A stretch of DNA of 64,000 bases from Octopus bimaculoides (Eukaryota), in contig NC_068999.1 in NCBI RefSeq assembly GCF_001194135.2, positions 51,444,855 through 51,508,854 of the forward strand. The letters are read 5' to 3'. A program made the position numbers and the translations under genes. This document shows, piece by piece, positions 52,036-64,000 of the stretch (its first letter is position 1; the number at the start of each line of letters is the position of its first letter). The notes under the pieces were generated by a model. That model saw only the letters and a list, made by a program, of their open reading frames with translations. It ran no database searches and had not been told where the DNA came from.

Positions 52036-54245
52036 CAAATAATAAATGAGTATATGCATATATACGTACAGGTATGTGCATACCTACGTCTACCTGTATA
52101 TATAGGTGCATATCCGGGTACAGGACATTGCAAACAAAACGTAGACAAAAAAATAATAATAACCAGAGTACAGAACACACACAGGCCACATAGAGAACAT
52201 TTTCCTTCATCAGCTACCCCCGTTCTAACACATGCGTTTCGAAGAGTAGGGCAGGACGCATCGTTAAAATGGCGTGCGGGTGTGTATTTCCATACTACAC
52301 ATGTATAAACACTTATATACGTTTATAAAACATACTCAGATTATATAATCGCGCGCCCATGTCTGTGTGTGTTTATGTATTCATGATATATGTGTGGATG
52401 TGCTTTTGCGTTAGATTAACTGTAATGTATATATGTGATTGTGCATTTCGTGTATCAGTATTTGTATACCTGATTTTGCCTCTGTTTATATGTATATGCA
52501 TGATTATGTGAGTACGTGTATGTGTATGCTATACATTGTAACGTGAAGCAATATATTTCTGCACGCCCCTATTCTATTTATTATTCTCTCTATTTTATTA
52601 CAGACACCCATTACTATTAATGTACATATACGTTCGAACACATACATACATACACAAATACTCTTAAATACATACAGAGATACATTTATACATGCGTACA
52701 TATACATGCGTGCATGTATGTATGTGTATATAGGTCATCATACCCACATACACTTCTTCACGCTCGTGTCGATGCGCATGCTGGCTGACGCCACGCCTTG
52801 TGCGGTGGCGTGAAAGAGACGACTCAAATCATCCATGCATGGATCTATCTATTGGATGAAAAATGGTAATGGGTAACTATATATATATATATATATNNNN
52901 NNNNNNNNNNNNNNNNNNNNNNNNNNNNNNNNNNNNNNNNNNNNNNNNNNNNNNNNNNNNNNNNNNNNNNNNNNNNNNNNNNNNNNNNNNNNNNNNNNNN
53001 NNNNNNNNNNNNNNNNNNNNNNNNNNNNNNNNNNNNNNNNNNNNNNNNNNNNNNNNNNNNNNNNNNNNNNNNNNNNNNNNNNNNNNNNNNNNNNNNNNNN
53101 NNNNNNNNNNNNNNNNNNNNNNNNNNNNNNNNNNNNNNNNNNNNNNNNNNNNNNNNNNNNNNNNNNNNNNNNNNNNNNNNNNNNNNNNNNNNNNNNNNNN
53201 NNNNNNNNNNNNNNNNNNNNNNNNNNNNNNNNNNNNNNNNNNNNNNNNNNNNNNNNNNNNNNNNNNNNNNNNNNNNNNNNNNNNNNNNNNNNNNNNNNNN
53301 NNNNNNNNNNNNNNNNNNNNNNNNNNNNNNNNNNNNNNNNNNNNNNNNNNNNNNNNNNNNNNNNNNNNNNNNNNNNNNNNNNNNNNNNNNNNNNNNNNNN
53401 NNNNNNNNNNNNNNNNNNNNNNNNNNNNNNNNNNNNNNNNNNNNNNNNNNNNNNNNNNNNNNNNNNNNNNNNNNNNNNNNNNNNNNNNNNNNNNNNNNNN
53501 NNNNNNNNNNNNNNNNNNNNNNNNNNNATATATATATATATATATACATTATATATATATATGCCTTCTCTTTCTGTACATTTTAAATCCAGTATATTTC
53601 TTCATTGCATCTTCTTTCCTTCCTTTCTCTTATTCACCAGTGAACACGACAAACGGTTTGAATCAAACAGATTTGAGTTGACACGTAATCTAATCTGCAA
53701 ACGCTAAAACCATCACAGTAAAAGACATAATCCAGATGAAAGGATATATTCCATCACTGGAATATTTCCAGTATAAAACAACATTAAGAGTAATAATAAA
53801 AACAATGAGGAAAAATAATAAAAAAACATATATGGGAATGGGAAATTAAATGGCGTCGATATGTATGTACATTAGAGCGTTCTTGCTTGCGTGAATATCT
53901 GTGCGTGCGTGCGTGTGTGTGCGTACGTGTGTGAGTGTGTATTTGTATTCCTGTGAATGGCTGAGGTTATGCATGTTTCGATGTGCACTAACGTAAATTT
54001 GCAATATAGCGTGTATGTGTGTAGATAAGTATTATGTATGTTTGCATTTATATATATATGTATATAGATAGATAGATAGATAGATATGTATACAATTAAA
54101 TATATTTATATATACATATGCACATGCATATATACATATATGTATGTGTGTATGTGTGTGTGTGTTTGTGTGTGTGCATATACGCGTATTTACATATCTA
54201 TTCATACTCATATATATATATACATATATATACACATATATATAC

Positions 54246-54311
<66 letters not shown>

Positions 54312-54629
54312 ATGTATGGGTGCAAGTATGCTCGCATTAATATATTTATATACATATTCGTTTACGCCTGTATATTCGTGTTTCACGTCCATGTATCTGC
54401 GTGTGTCTGAGTGTTGTTATATGCCTATTCATGTATCTATCTCTCTCTTCTCTCTCTTTCTTTGTTTGTATGTATGTGTCTGTGTGTATGTGTGCGACTG
54501 CGAACTCTTTGCTGACTGACTGACCAGAGGGAACCCAATGGATGTAGCTGGTGACTTTGTTGTCTAAAAAGAGGATTATCATGAGCCTCCTGGTGTACTT
54601 TGCCTGGCTTCTTCTGCTAGCAAAATAAA

Positions 54630-54801
54630 AACCGATGGTGGTGTGTTTACGTTCCTGTAACTTAGCAGTTCGGCAAAAGAGACCGATAGAATAAGTACTA
54701 GGCTTCCAAAGAATAAGTCCTGGGGTCTCTTTGCTCGACTAAAAGCGGTGCTCCAGCATGGCCAAAGTCAAATGACTGAAACAAGTAAAAGAGTAAAAGA
54801 G

Positions 54802-54802
<1 letters not shown>
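54630..54802 (+). mobile_element. SINE family C 3' half
   Basis: gtaacttagcagttcggcaaaagagaccgatagaataagtac...gcggtgctccagcatggcc...gactgaaacaagtaaaagagtaaaagag. Confidence 0.9.
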
Positions 54803-54836
<34 letters not shown>

Positions 54837-54838
<2 letters not shown>

Positions 54839-54900
54839 GATGGGCTTCTTTCAGTTTCCATCTACCAAACGCACTCACAAGACTTTTGGTCGGTCCTGGG
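54837..54900 (-). mobile_element. SINE family C internal fragment
   Basis: gggcttctttcagtttccatctaccaaa...ctcacaag...ggtcgg. Confidence 0.8.
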
Positions 54901-54993
54901 ATTCTTTTAAACACCGAATGGCTATGAGGGTCCATCCAAGTAAAAGAGGAATCAAGGCGGGGGCCATAGGCAAAAAGTGGCTGAGAACCACTG
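54901..54993 (-). mobile_element. hAT-Charlie-like terminal fragment
   Basis: Minus strand begins CAGTGGTTCTCAGCC, resembling the CAGTGGTTCTCAA terminus of Charlie-type hATs; partner end not found. Confidence 0.55.
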
Positions 54994-56710
54994 TGCTGAT
55001 TCTTTCACTGTCCAAAGTCTTCCCCAGGATATCTGTACTTCCTTTGGTGCATTTATTTCTATTAATAATTTTACCAAGTTCTTGATAAATTATTTTGGAA
55101 TGAAGTCAAGCTTTATTTTTATTGTTGCTTTTAATAGCGAAGGATTCTTTTCATTTGAGCAAGGATCTATTGCTTCAAAAGTTCTTTGATTTTAGGATCA
55201 TTCATTTCTTTTTTTGTTACTTTATATTTCTGTGGCCGTTTCCACTCCTTTTTCTTCTTTCGTTATAGGTTTCATTACGAATATTCTTTTTCAAACTGTT
55301 TTGCTTATAAGCTTCTTTGATATGTTGTTGCTGCATTCTCGAATATGTCCTTTCTCTCGTGTAATGCTAAGGTTGGTTTGAGGGTAATTTAGTTGCTATT
55401 TCTAGCATGTCAAACAACCATTTTGAGGTTTCCCGTTGACTGACTCGAAAATATATTTTAAGAAATTGTGTAAGCATAACCGATGTTTATTCTGTCATAA
55501 AAATAATGATGATAATAATAAACATTACGTTTGCTATACTTTCCAGAAAATGCAAAAATGATTACCGTATGAAAAACTAAATTGAAAAATAATCCAAGAT
55601 AGAAAGCGAACATTATGTTATTATACAAATTAAATAAAGTACGAATAATAGCAAACAGCCATTTTCTAAAAATAATCAAAACAAACAAACAGAATTGGAT
55701 AAAATTACATTTAAGAAACAGAAAACAAAATTCAATTTAACAAAATTAAAGATTTCAGAATAATCACAGCGAAAATTTTGTGAAGAACTTAATTGAAAAC
55801 GACGCAATTTTCGGATATTTTATTTAGAAGAAAGAAAGAAATGTAGAGTATATAAGAACCTACAAATTAGTAAATGAGATAGAAATTGTGATTATGGATG
55901 TGTTTAAGATGGATTGGAACGATAAGGGTAGGAGGAATGAAAAGGATGAGGGGAAAATTTTTATAATAATTATCGATAAGCTTCTGTTAAGCTGCGAGGG
56001 TCTATTTGTTATCTTTTTTTTTTCTGTCATAGTGACAGAAATTATGCTTCAATACACACATTATCGAAATTTTAGTCGGTATACAGCCAAATGATGAGAC
56101 CGCGTCAGCAGCGGTGGTGCAGAACGCCGACAAATCTCTGTAACAAAATCATCAGAACTTTGCCTATCTCAGTATCTTCCGCAAGTATCTCAAAGGTTCC
56201 AGTGACATTAAATGAATGGGAAAGGATATACATACATGATAAACTGAGGAAATGGTGCGGTATTGACTTCATCGGAAATAAAATCGCTATACATAACATA
56301 ATATTTGGTTTGCACACTAAATATTAATGACTCAATATGAAAGCCGAAATTCCAATCTGTTTATACTTTTTGAGTTATGTATGCTGTTGCAAATGATTTA
56401 ATAGAGTGTTAGTTCAGTTGTTAAAAATGAAATTCAGCAAAGTCTTTTACAGTCAACTAGTAGATCGTGCTTTTAAATTGTACTAAGAGCTAGAGTATTT
56501 AATTTTCAAACCTAAAGAATCCGGTTCTCGGATTCTTCAGTGGCTATCGTTAGAGAAATAGGGTTTATAGCTATGTATTCAACTAAGAATGTTGTCAGGG
56601 ATAGATCGTTGAGGGGAATAACATTGTATAATGATCATCACTAATGACTAGTTACAATTACAACTAATCACTAATTACAACACTATGTTCAGCTTCCAAA
56701 TTATTTCCTA

Positions 56711-56746
<36 letters not shown>

Positions 56747-56922
56747 TCGGCGTGAATATTATGTAAAACATTTAAGATAGTTTAGACGATCATTTTCATA
56801 TTCAGTTTTAACCTAGTGTATCAAGTTTTCATTTTTTAACCCAACAGCTTCTAAATTTATTTCTGAAATCTTTCAGAAATTATTTCATGTTTTTTTTTGT
56901 TTTTTTTATTGTGATTTCTAAT

Positions 56923-57036
56923 ATTGATTTCAAATTTTGTCACAAGATCAACAATTTCGAGGGAAAGGGGTAAGTTGATTACATCAGACCCAATGTCCCA
57001 ATCTTCAACTGATGCTTATTTTATCGATCCCGAAAG
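56923..57036 (-). mobile_element. SINE family A 3' half
   Basis: attgatttcaaattttgtcacaag...gttgattacatcagaccc...ttttatcgatcccgaaag. Confidence 0.8.
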
Positions 57037-57731
57037 AATTTGTGATTTCTAATACTAGAAGTAAATCGTTTTTCAAATTGCCGTAATGTTTTATTTGGAA
57101 GAGGAGGACATTGCTAAAAAGCCCAATTTTATTTTTCAATTTCAATATCCTTCTCCAGATACATGGCTTTCTGCTGTAATCTTTTCGTAAAGCGAGCAGT
57201 TTTCATTAATGAATGTTTCAGCCAGTATTTGTGAGAATAGAATTGCAATATTTTCGGTTGATAAATCAATATGGTATTTATATATACTTCAACCTAAATT
57301 ACGTATGCATCAGCAGTATTGCAAACAGACCTCGACAAGAAAGAGCATGTTAATTTTGTGATTTTTACAATCAGAGACAAACAACACAAGGTGTAAACAA
57401 TTCAATGCTGGAAGCAACGCAAAATTAGTAATTTAAATTAAGTTGAAAAAGTATCTTTATATTCATATATGTGTATGTGTGCATTATATATACATGTATA
57501 TGGTGTACGTATATGTTTGCATGTATGTATGTATGCATGTATGTATGTATTTATGTATGCATGTATGCATGCATGCATGAATGTATGCATGTATGTATGT
57601 ATGTGTCTGTATATGTGAGTGTGTCCATATCGATAGATAGAGTGACTGATTGAGTGACTGATTGATTGATAAATGGATAGGTGAATGGATGGATATATTG
57701 ACAGACAAACAGACACACAGACAGTGAATGA

Positions 57732-57779
<48 letters not shown>

Positions 57780-58034
57780 TCCCTATTTGTTGAAATAATT
57801 ATGAACGCTTGTATGAATACATCTATGAAGTATACAAGACACAGAGTGAGAGAAAGCCGGAGAGAGAGAGAAAGAGAGTCAGAGAGAAAGAGAGTCAGAG
57901 AGAGAGAGAGAGAATGAGAGAGAGAAAGAGAGACACAAAGGAATCTATTGATTGGCCGTTAGTACGAATAGATACATTAAGTTCGACAATGCTCTAAAGA
58001 CGACAGACAATTATTTTACGCGAANNNNNNNNNN

Positions 58035-58085
<51 letters not shown>

Positions 58086-58399
58086 TCTCTCCTACTCTTC
58101 GTCTCTTTCTTTTTCTCCCTCGCTCTCACACTCCCCATCCCTCTCTCTCTGTTCGGACTATGGGAATGCTTTTAAGAAACTAATTATGAGTGCTAAGTCC
58201 TGACATGTCTAAGTAAATCAAACGATAATTCGGAACTATTTAAATGCCAGACAAAACATTTATCTATATTTGTCATTATCAGACTAAATTATTGTTTTCC
58301 TTCATCTCCAGCCTATCTGTCACTTGGAGATATTATCAATGATTGTCCTGCTAGTCTCCTCTAAGTTTTGCAGCTGTTAGCAATGTTAGTGTCGGCGTT

Positions 58400-58707
58400 G
58401 TGAAGGTGCATGGCTCAGTGGTTAGGGTATGCGGCTCAGGATCGTTAAGTTGTGAGTTCGATATCCGGCAAGACTTTATTTCACGTTGCTCTACTCTACT
58501 CAGCTGGCAAAAATGAAGTTTTTGCACCTTCACCAAAATGCTTCGCGCATTTCGTCCGTCTTGGCATTCTGAGTTTAAATTCGGAAGAGGTTGACTTTGT
58601 CTTTCATCTTTTCGGAATCGATAAATTAAGTGCCAACTGCGCGCTGGAGTCGATGTAATCGACTAGTCCCCTCTCTCAAAATGTCAGACCTTGTGCTTTT
58701 ACTGGAA
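58400..58707 (+). mobile_element. Adjacent or chimeric SINEs: family B head followed by a family A body
   Basis: gtgaaggtgcatggctcagtggttag...gagttcgatatcc...cagctggcaaaaatga, then aaaatgctt...gactttgtctttcatc...gtcgatgtaatcgact. Confidence 0.85.
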
Positions 58708-59242
58708 ACGATTATTGTTGTTGTTGTTGTTGTTAATGTTCTTATTATTGTTATTATTATTTTCGGTTTTCTCTTTCTACTTTCTTGCCTTCCTTTTCTT
58801 CTTTTCCGCCTCCTTTTTTTCTTTTCACTCTTTCCTTCACCTCCTTGTCCTTTTTCTCCTCCTCATCCCTCCTTTTTTCCTTCTCAGACTATTTTTAATG
58901 CAGCATTTTCTGTGAACTTTGAAGTTTGTTATTGCAGTAATATTTCTATAATATTGCCTCTACATTGATGGATAGGACCGTCTCTGCACTGCCATGATTT
59001 CCATTTCCGCTTTCTTGTTATTGCAACCGGAAGAGGCTGTTTCGATTAATGGAACGCTGACAGAATTTATAATAAAATGAAAATTAATGAAACAGGTTCT
59101 TGAAATTGTTTGGAACAAAACTGAACAAATATTTCACTGTTTATGCGATATCTTTCCAATTTTTCTTTTTCCAATTATAGGTCTCCAAAAGCTGATATAT
59201 TCCGTTCAAGAAAAAAAAAACGAAGAAGAAGAACAACAACAT

Positions 59243-59461
59243 CACTTTGAAGTGATTTAATCGAACAAATCAGCCCCGGTATTTATTCAATTGGGCTCAC
59301 TTTTGCCGAACCACTAAATTATAGGGACGTAAACAAACCAATATCTTCCGTCAAGCAGTGGGAATAACAATCAAAGACACAAATACAGATACAAATAAAC
59401 AGACACACAGAGACACACACACACACACTCACACAAACATACACACACGCACACACATGTA

Positions 59462-59514
<53 letters not shown>

Positions 59515-60681
59515 NNNNNNNNNNNNNNNNNNNNNNNNNNNNNNNNNNNNNNNNNNNNNNNNNNNNNNNNNNNNNNNNNNNNNNNNNNNNNNNNNNNNNN
59601 NNNNNNNNNNNNNNNNNNNNNNNNNNNNNNNNNNNNNNNNNNNNNNNNNNNNNNNNNNNNNNNNNNNNNNNNNNNNNNNNNNNNNNNNNNNNNNNNNNNN
59701 NNNNNNNNNNNNNNNNNNNNNNNNNNNNNNNNNNNNNNNNNNNNNNNNNNNNNNNNNNNNNNNNNNNNNNNNNNNNNNNNNNNNNNNNNNNNNNNNNNNN
59801 NNNNNNNNNNNNNNNNNNNNNNNNNNNNNNNNNNNNNNNNNNNNNNNNNNNNNNNNNNNNNNNNNNNNNNNNNNNNNNNNNNNNNNNNNNNNNNNNNNNN
59901 NNNNNNNNNNNNNNNNNNNNNNNNNNNNNNNNNNNNNNNNNNNNNNNNNNNNNNNNNNNNNNNNNNNNNNNNNNNNNNNNNNNNNNNNNNNNNNNNNNNN
60001 NNNNNNNNNNNNNNNNNNNNNNNNNNNNNNNNNNNNNNNNNNNNNNNNNNNNNNNNNNNNNNNNNNNNNNNNNNNNNNNNNNNNNNNNNNNNNNNNNNNN
60101 NNNNNNNNNNNNNNNNNNNNNNNNNNNNNNNNNNNNNNNNNNNNNNNNNNNNNNNNNNNNNNNNNNNNNNNNNNNNNNNNNNNNNNNNNNNNNNNNNNNN
60201 NNNNNNNNNNNNNNNNNNNNNNNNNNNNNNNNNNNNNNNNNNNNNNNNNNNNNNNNNNNNNNNNNNNNNNNNNNNNNNNNNNNNNNNNNNNNNNNNNNNN
60301 NNNNNNNNNNNNNNNNNNNNNNNNNNNNNNNNNNNNNNNNNNNNNNNNNNNNNNNNNNNNNNNNNNNNNNNNNNNNNNNNNNNNNNNNNNNNNNNNNNNN
60401 NNNNNNNNNNNNNNNNNNNNNNNNNNNNNNNNNNNNNNNNNNNNNNNNNNNNNNNNNNNNNNNNNNNNNNNNNNNNNNNNNNNNNNNNNNNNNNNTATAT
60501 ATATATATATATATATATATATGACGGCTTTCTTTCAGTTTCCGCCTACCAAATCCACTCACAAGGCTTTGGTCGGCCTGAGGCTATAGTAGAAGACACC
60601 TCCCCAAGGTGCAACGCAATATGACTGAACCTGGAACCATGTGGCTGGAAAGCAAGCTTTCTACCACACAGCCACACCTGC
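59243..60681 (-). mobile_element. SINE family C split by its internal (TA)n and a ~1-kb gap
   Basis: 3' part at 59243-59400 and head at 60523-60681 are collinear with the 39232-39657 copy. Confidence 0.8.
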
Positions 60682-60906
60682 AAATATACATGTACAAATA
60701 CACATACAGATGTATATGAATATAAATACATATATATGTATAAGCATATATATGTTTCTGTATCCGTGTGTCTGTGTCTGTATATATGTATATAGTAGAC
60801 GTCATAAGTATTTTATGAACTTTCCACCAGCGAATGTGAAATTATTTTTTTCACACACACAATGATCTATAGATAGATAAACAGACGGTCAGGGAGACAA
60901 GCTGGC

Positions 60907-60991
<85 letters not shown>

Positions 60992-61470
60992 TGTTAGTCG
61001 TAATGAAACAAACTATTCGATGGAATGAATCAGGTTAACTTCTGTCCACGTACGTGCTAATTCAGTATTTAGATCTATACGTATAAAAAATTCGCCAAAG
61101 ATACAGAGATATTTTTTAGACCGATTTTCAAAACCCAAACTCTCATCTTCTTCCTCCCATTTTCTTTGATTTTACTTTTTGCCTATTTCACCATTTTTAT
61201 GACTAGAGTGTGTTACTAGCTGCAACTCTTAAAAAAATAGACATGTTCTTTTCGATGTACGTGCACAAACAAGCGCACGTACAAAGTATATTGGCGATCG
61301 TATGATATTCTAGTTAAGAAGTTTGCTCACGCTTAGCTTCAACTTTGATCCCAGCGATAAGGTATTTTTTTAGTGTTATATCGCATAGCTGAGCTTCGTC
61401 CAAATCCATTTTCGTAAAACTTAGTCGTCGGAAAATATGGGAAAGCCCGTTCTGTTTGTATCTGTACATA

Positions 61471-61538
<68 letters not shown>

Positions 61539-61672
61539 GATATATAAAGTGGCTACGAATATTACTTGTCAGTATAACCACTGCGTTAATCTCTTAGATT
61601 TTAGAACTAGCATTATGTTGACTGAACACTATTCAATTTTTTTTTCTCCGTGTTTTTCTCCTTGTCTCCGTA

Positions 61673-61705
61673 TTCTTTCTGTTGAAGAGCGTAGCTCGAA
61701 ACGTC
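61673..61705 (+). ncRNA. Hammerhead-like motif, variant core, stem I unpaired
   Basis: uucuuu-CUGUUGA-A-GAGC-gua-GCUC-GAAA-CGUC; A6 is U; downstream uacua does not pair with the upstream strand. Confidence 0.45.
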
Positions 61706-62581
61706 TACTAATATATACTTTTGTTATTTACACCACCTGTCCTCGTCTNNNNNNNNNNNNNNNNNNNNNNNNNNNNNNNNNNATACACATACACACACAC
61801 ACATATATATATATATAAATATATATTTTATGAGTCATTTGACCGCGCCCATGCTAGGGCCACTGATTTTAGTCGAAGAATTGACTCTTGTAATTCTTGT
61901 AATTTTAGGTTAAAGCTTGGTACTATAAATTAAGATTTTTCAATTTGCTAGGCCACTGGTTTTAAATTGATATTAATCAAATTAATATTCAATTTTTCAC
62001 CCTTATTATTTAAATTTAAATAATTATGTTCTCTAACCGGTAAAATTCACTGCAGAGAATTATTTTCTGCAGAATTATTTCTGGTATTTGGTGCGCCAAA
62101 ACGAAGACTTTTGAAATACAACCCCGAACGTAATTGGTAGAACTATACACATGTTCAATCTCATGCGGACGTCTCGTGTATAGTTCTGAAAATTATATTG
62201 CAAAGGACGATCATACGGAAGAGTTGCAGACAATTACGTACGTAATTACGTAAGAAGTTAACAACGAAACCGGTCTGTGATTAATTCTTTATATTTTGTA
62301 TTTTTTCATTTGTCTTGCTCGCTTACGTTCTGGTGTTTGCTGAATTTTTTTGAGAACAATCTTTTCTTAGTGGTCAGACCGTAGGTGGTCTTCTTCTAGC
62401 AAAAGAGATGTCCACTTAGTGGTCATCCCTCTTATATGTATGTAATTTTGGTTATATCCTTTAAGTATTATTTCGTGGTGTGCAAACTGATACCATGAGT
62501 TTATTTTCAGGTATATTCATTAGGTTATATATACGACGGGCTTCCTTCAGTTTCCGTTAAATTCTATCAGTTACTTATACT

Positions 62582-62720
62582 GATAGAATAAGCAACAGAC
62601 TTTAAAACATATATATAAGCTCTGGGGTTGATTTATTCGACCGAAAATTCTACAAAATGGTGCCCCAGCATGACCGCAATCTAATGACAGAAACGAGCGA
62701 AAGATAAACGATAAAAGATA
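62582..62720 (+). mobile_element. SINE family C tail
   Basis: gatagaataag...ctggggttgatttattcgac...ggtgccccagcatgaccgcaatctaatgacagaaac...aaagata. Confidence 0.85.
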
Positions 62721-64000
62721 CTCTAAACACTGGGTTATGTACCTTTGGACAGTGCAAACCAAAAAATTAAGACGCAAGGACCATGGTTCAAATGCATTTG
62801 ACCATAGTATCTGTTCAGTGAAAACCGACATAGCGCTAAACAATAACACGAACACCAATAGAAATAGAAACAACAATAACGACAATGGCAGTCTTTATTC
62901 AATACAACAAAGATGGCGATCAATATGACTAAGAGATTTTGTCGATTTAGTAAATAACTAAAGAACGTCTGGAAGTTTTGGGTTTTATATTGTTAGAATA
63001 CACCATGTAATACGAAGAAGAATTTTATGTCGACAATAAAACATTGTGTAAAAGACGAATATCGGTTTATTACTTTTCTAGAATAATGTTTCATTTATTT
63101 TCTTTTGCTTTCACCCGACAATTTGCCATTCACTCTTCTTTTGCTTTTTGCTTATTTTCTGTTTGTTTGTTTTTTGTTTTATCTTTTCATTTTAATTTTA
63201 ATCATAATATAATATATATTTCGTAGTGAAATGTTAAACATATATATTTATATGAATGTATACATGTGCGTATATTATATTTATTTAAATGTATATATAT
63301 GTATATGCGTGTGTGTATGTGTGTGTGTATGTTTTCTTTAAGTTATATTTAAGTGTTTCTTGAGAGAGCTCAAGGTGGTCGCAAAATAAGACGGTAAGAC
63401 TTTTTAAGTTAAGAGTGTCCTCTGTGCTTATATATGTGTGGTTGAGTTAGTGTATTGGTTGAGCTGTCGCTGCATACACCCAAGTGTGTGCATCTATTTA
63501 CCTTAAGAATTTCAGGTGGAGAATCTTTGGAATATCTTACTGTGTCGCTATTGGATACGAGTTGGAGAATCAGCGTCGCCTTCTTTTGCGCTTTCTTCAA
63601 AACACCTAGAATTTTTATGCTTGTGAGTAAATTTGTAGTTATCTATATTTATATAACTGTAATACAGTTATATTGTATAATAAATCTAATGTTGTTTCAA
63701 ATGATTATATCAGTATATCATATATACATATATAAATATATATATAATACAGAATGGAACAAGAACGCAAAACATCCAGACAGTCAGGTGATGCAAGAAA
63801 GGGACAAAACATACAGATAGACGATACAAAGAAAACACGGAATGTCATTCGAAGTTTTCTCTCTTCAGTCGAGATCCAGATTATCTTTGCAATTTCGGCT
63901 GGTTATTCTCGATATTGCTCCAATCTGGCCAGCCCCAAGGAAAAACTAAGCTAAGAGCTGTTGCACAAATACAGTAGGAATAATGACGGGACATATATAT

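Noticed and set aside
52831-52844. 14-bp palindrome ATCCATGCATGGAT
   Set aside because: Expected by chance at this window size.
55020-55440. Minus-strand DIFENAATTYQRSL resembling a Penelope linker region
   Set aside because: Short and stop-ridden; overlaps a gctagaa.tagca...aaat repeat motif also seen near 37905, so coincidence is likely.
56088-56140. GC-richer patch reading PNDETASAAVVQNADKS after an AG
   Set aside because: Weak splice signals and no homology recognised; needs RNA-seq.

Overview
AT-rich, microsatellite-saturated animal genomic DNA with about 22 assembly N-gaps, most abutting simple repeats. No cellular protein-coding exon, rRNA, true tRNA or CRISPR array could be supported; almost all ORF-track entries are microsatellite or gap read-through. 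The repeat content (several tRNA-derived SINE families, (TA)/(CA)/(GATA)/(ATT) microsatellites) suggests an octopod cephalopod such as Octopus; this is inference from my recollection of those repeats. Supported content: about 30 SINE copies from at least four families, RTE-clade LINE fragments (one with an internal inversion), two internally deleted Tc1/mariner elements, a hAT-like end, two foldback elements and a perfect 58-bp palindrome. The most interesting signal is a set of minimal hammerhead-ribozyme motifs. The best one (15480-15525, minus) folds fully and forms the 3' part of a tRNA-headed SINE-like element, an architecture recalling Schistosoma Sm-alpha. SINE family labels A-D are my own working names, and repeat boundaries are approximate unless stated.
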